A DNA stretch of 64,000 nt. Source: Pavona decussata. Taxonomy: Eukaryota. This document shows positions 63,699 through 64,000 of the stretch, piece by piece; position 1 is the stretch's first letter; every line of letters begins with the position of its first letter. A program made the translations under genes and the position numbers. The DNA lies in NCBI GenBank assembly GCA_977016875.1, contig CDRNST010000213.1:806001-870000 (forward strand), given 5' to 3'. Below the pieces are notes generated by a model. It had not been told where the DNA came from, did not search any database, and saw only the letters and a program-made list of their open reading frames with translations.

Positions 63699-63990
63699 AA
63701 AGCCGCCGTTACACGTTGAAACGTTTAGCTGAAACTTGTGTGCAACGGCGTTGCGAAACAAGTTTCAGCAGGCGTTGCACCGTGCAACAAGGTCAGTTTC
63801 GTGAAACTTTTTCAAACTTTCTTTGCGAGACAAGTTTCACGAAAAAGTAGAACCGCTTTCTACTTCCGCAACGGCTCGCAACAGTCCCAGTGGTGAAAAA
63901 ACAAGAGTTTCATCGTGTAACACCACTTCGTGAAACTCAGTGGTATGGTTCCGATCGCCGTTGCACACAAGTTTCGGCTTAAAGTTTTAA
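63699..63990. mobile_element. MITE with long TIR, right end decayed
   Basis: gctgaaacttgtgtgcaacggcg is inverted in cgccgttgcacacaagtttcggc. Confidence 0.65.
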
Positions 63991-64000
63991 CTAAAGTTTC

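Overview
AT-rich, intron-containing animal DNA, most likely an anthozoan cnidarian (probably a stony coral). This is inferred from minicollagen-type CxxxCxxxCxxxCxxxCC domains and anthozoan-style SINE, MITE and Penelope repeats. Reading splice sites by hand gives a cluster of five secreted-protein genes built on one plan. Each has a long first coding exon (signal peptide, basic Lys/Arg-rich pro-region with dibasic sites and, in A-D, a gene-specific low-complexity block), then a string of symmetric phase-1 EGF cassette exons that the ORF track mostly misses, then a variable end module. Gene A (-, ~0.85-5.6 kb) has an L/A/G/P-rich block and 1 EGF. Gene B (-, 10.8-18.5 kb, ~1407 aa) has a Gln/Glu/Ser-rich block, EGF-like exons and 11 minicollagen Cys-rich domains. 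Gene C (-, 22.8-37.6 kb, 19 exons, ~1156 aa) has a His/Pro block, 14 EGF, 2 half-EGF and a WSC-like domain. Gene D (-, 51.4-57.3 kb) has His-rich and VP(Y/F)PV repeats plus 4 EGF, with its 3' end unresolved. Gene E (+, 58.6 kb to the window end) has at least 4 EGF and lies head-to-head with D. An intronless class A GPCR sits between C and D. The non-coding DNA holds a ~195-nt near-perfect hairpin, Penelope remnants with decayed minimal hammerhead ribozymes, tRNA-derived repeats, many MITEs, a 101-bp orphan copy of gene C exon 1, microsatellites and one assembly gap. All gene models are manual predictions without transcript evidence.
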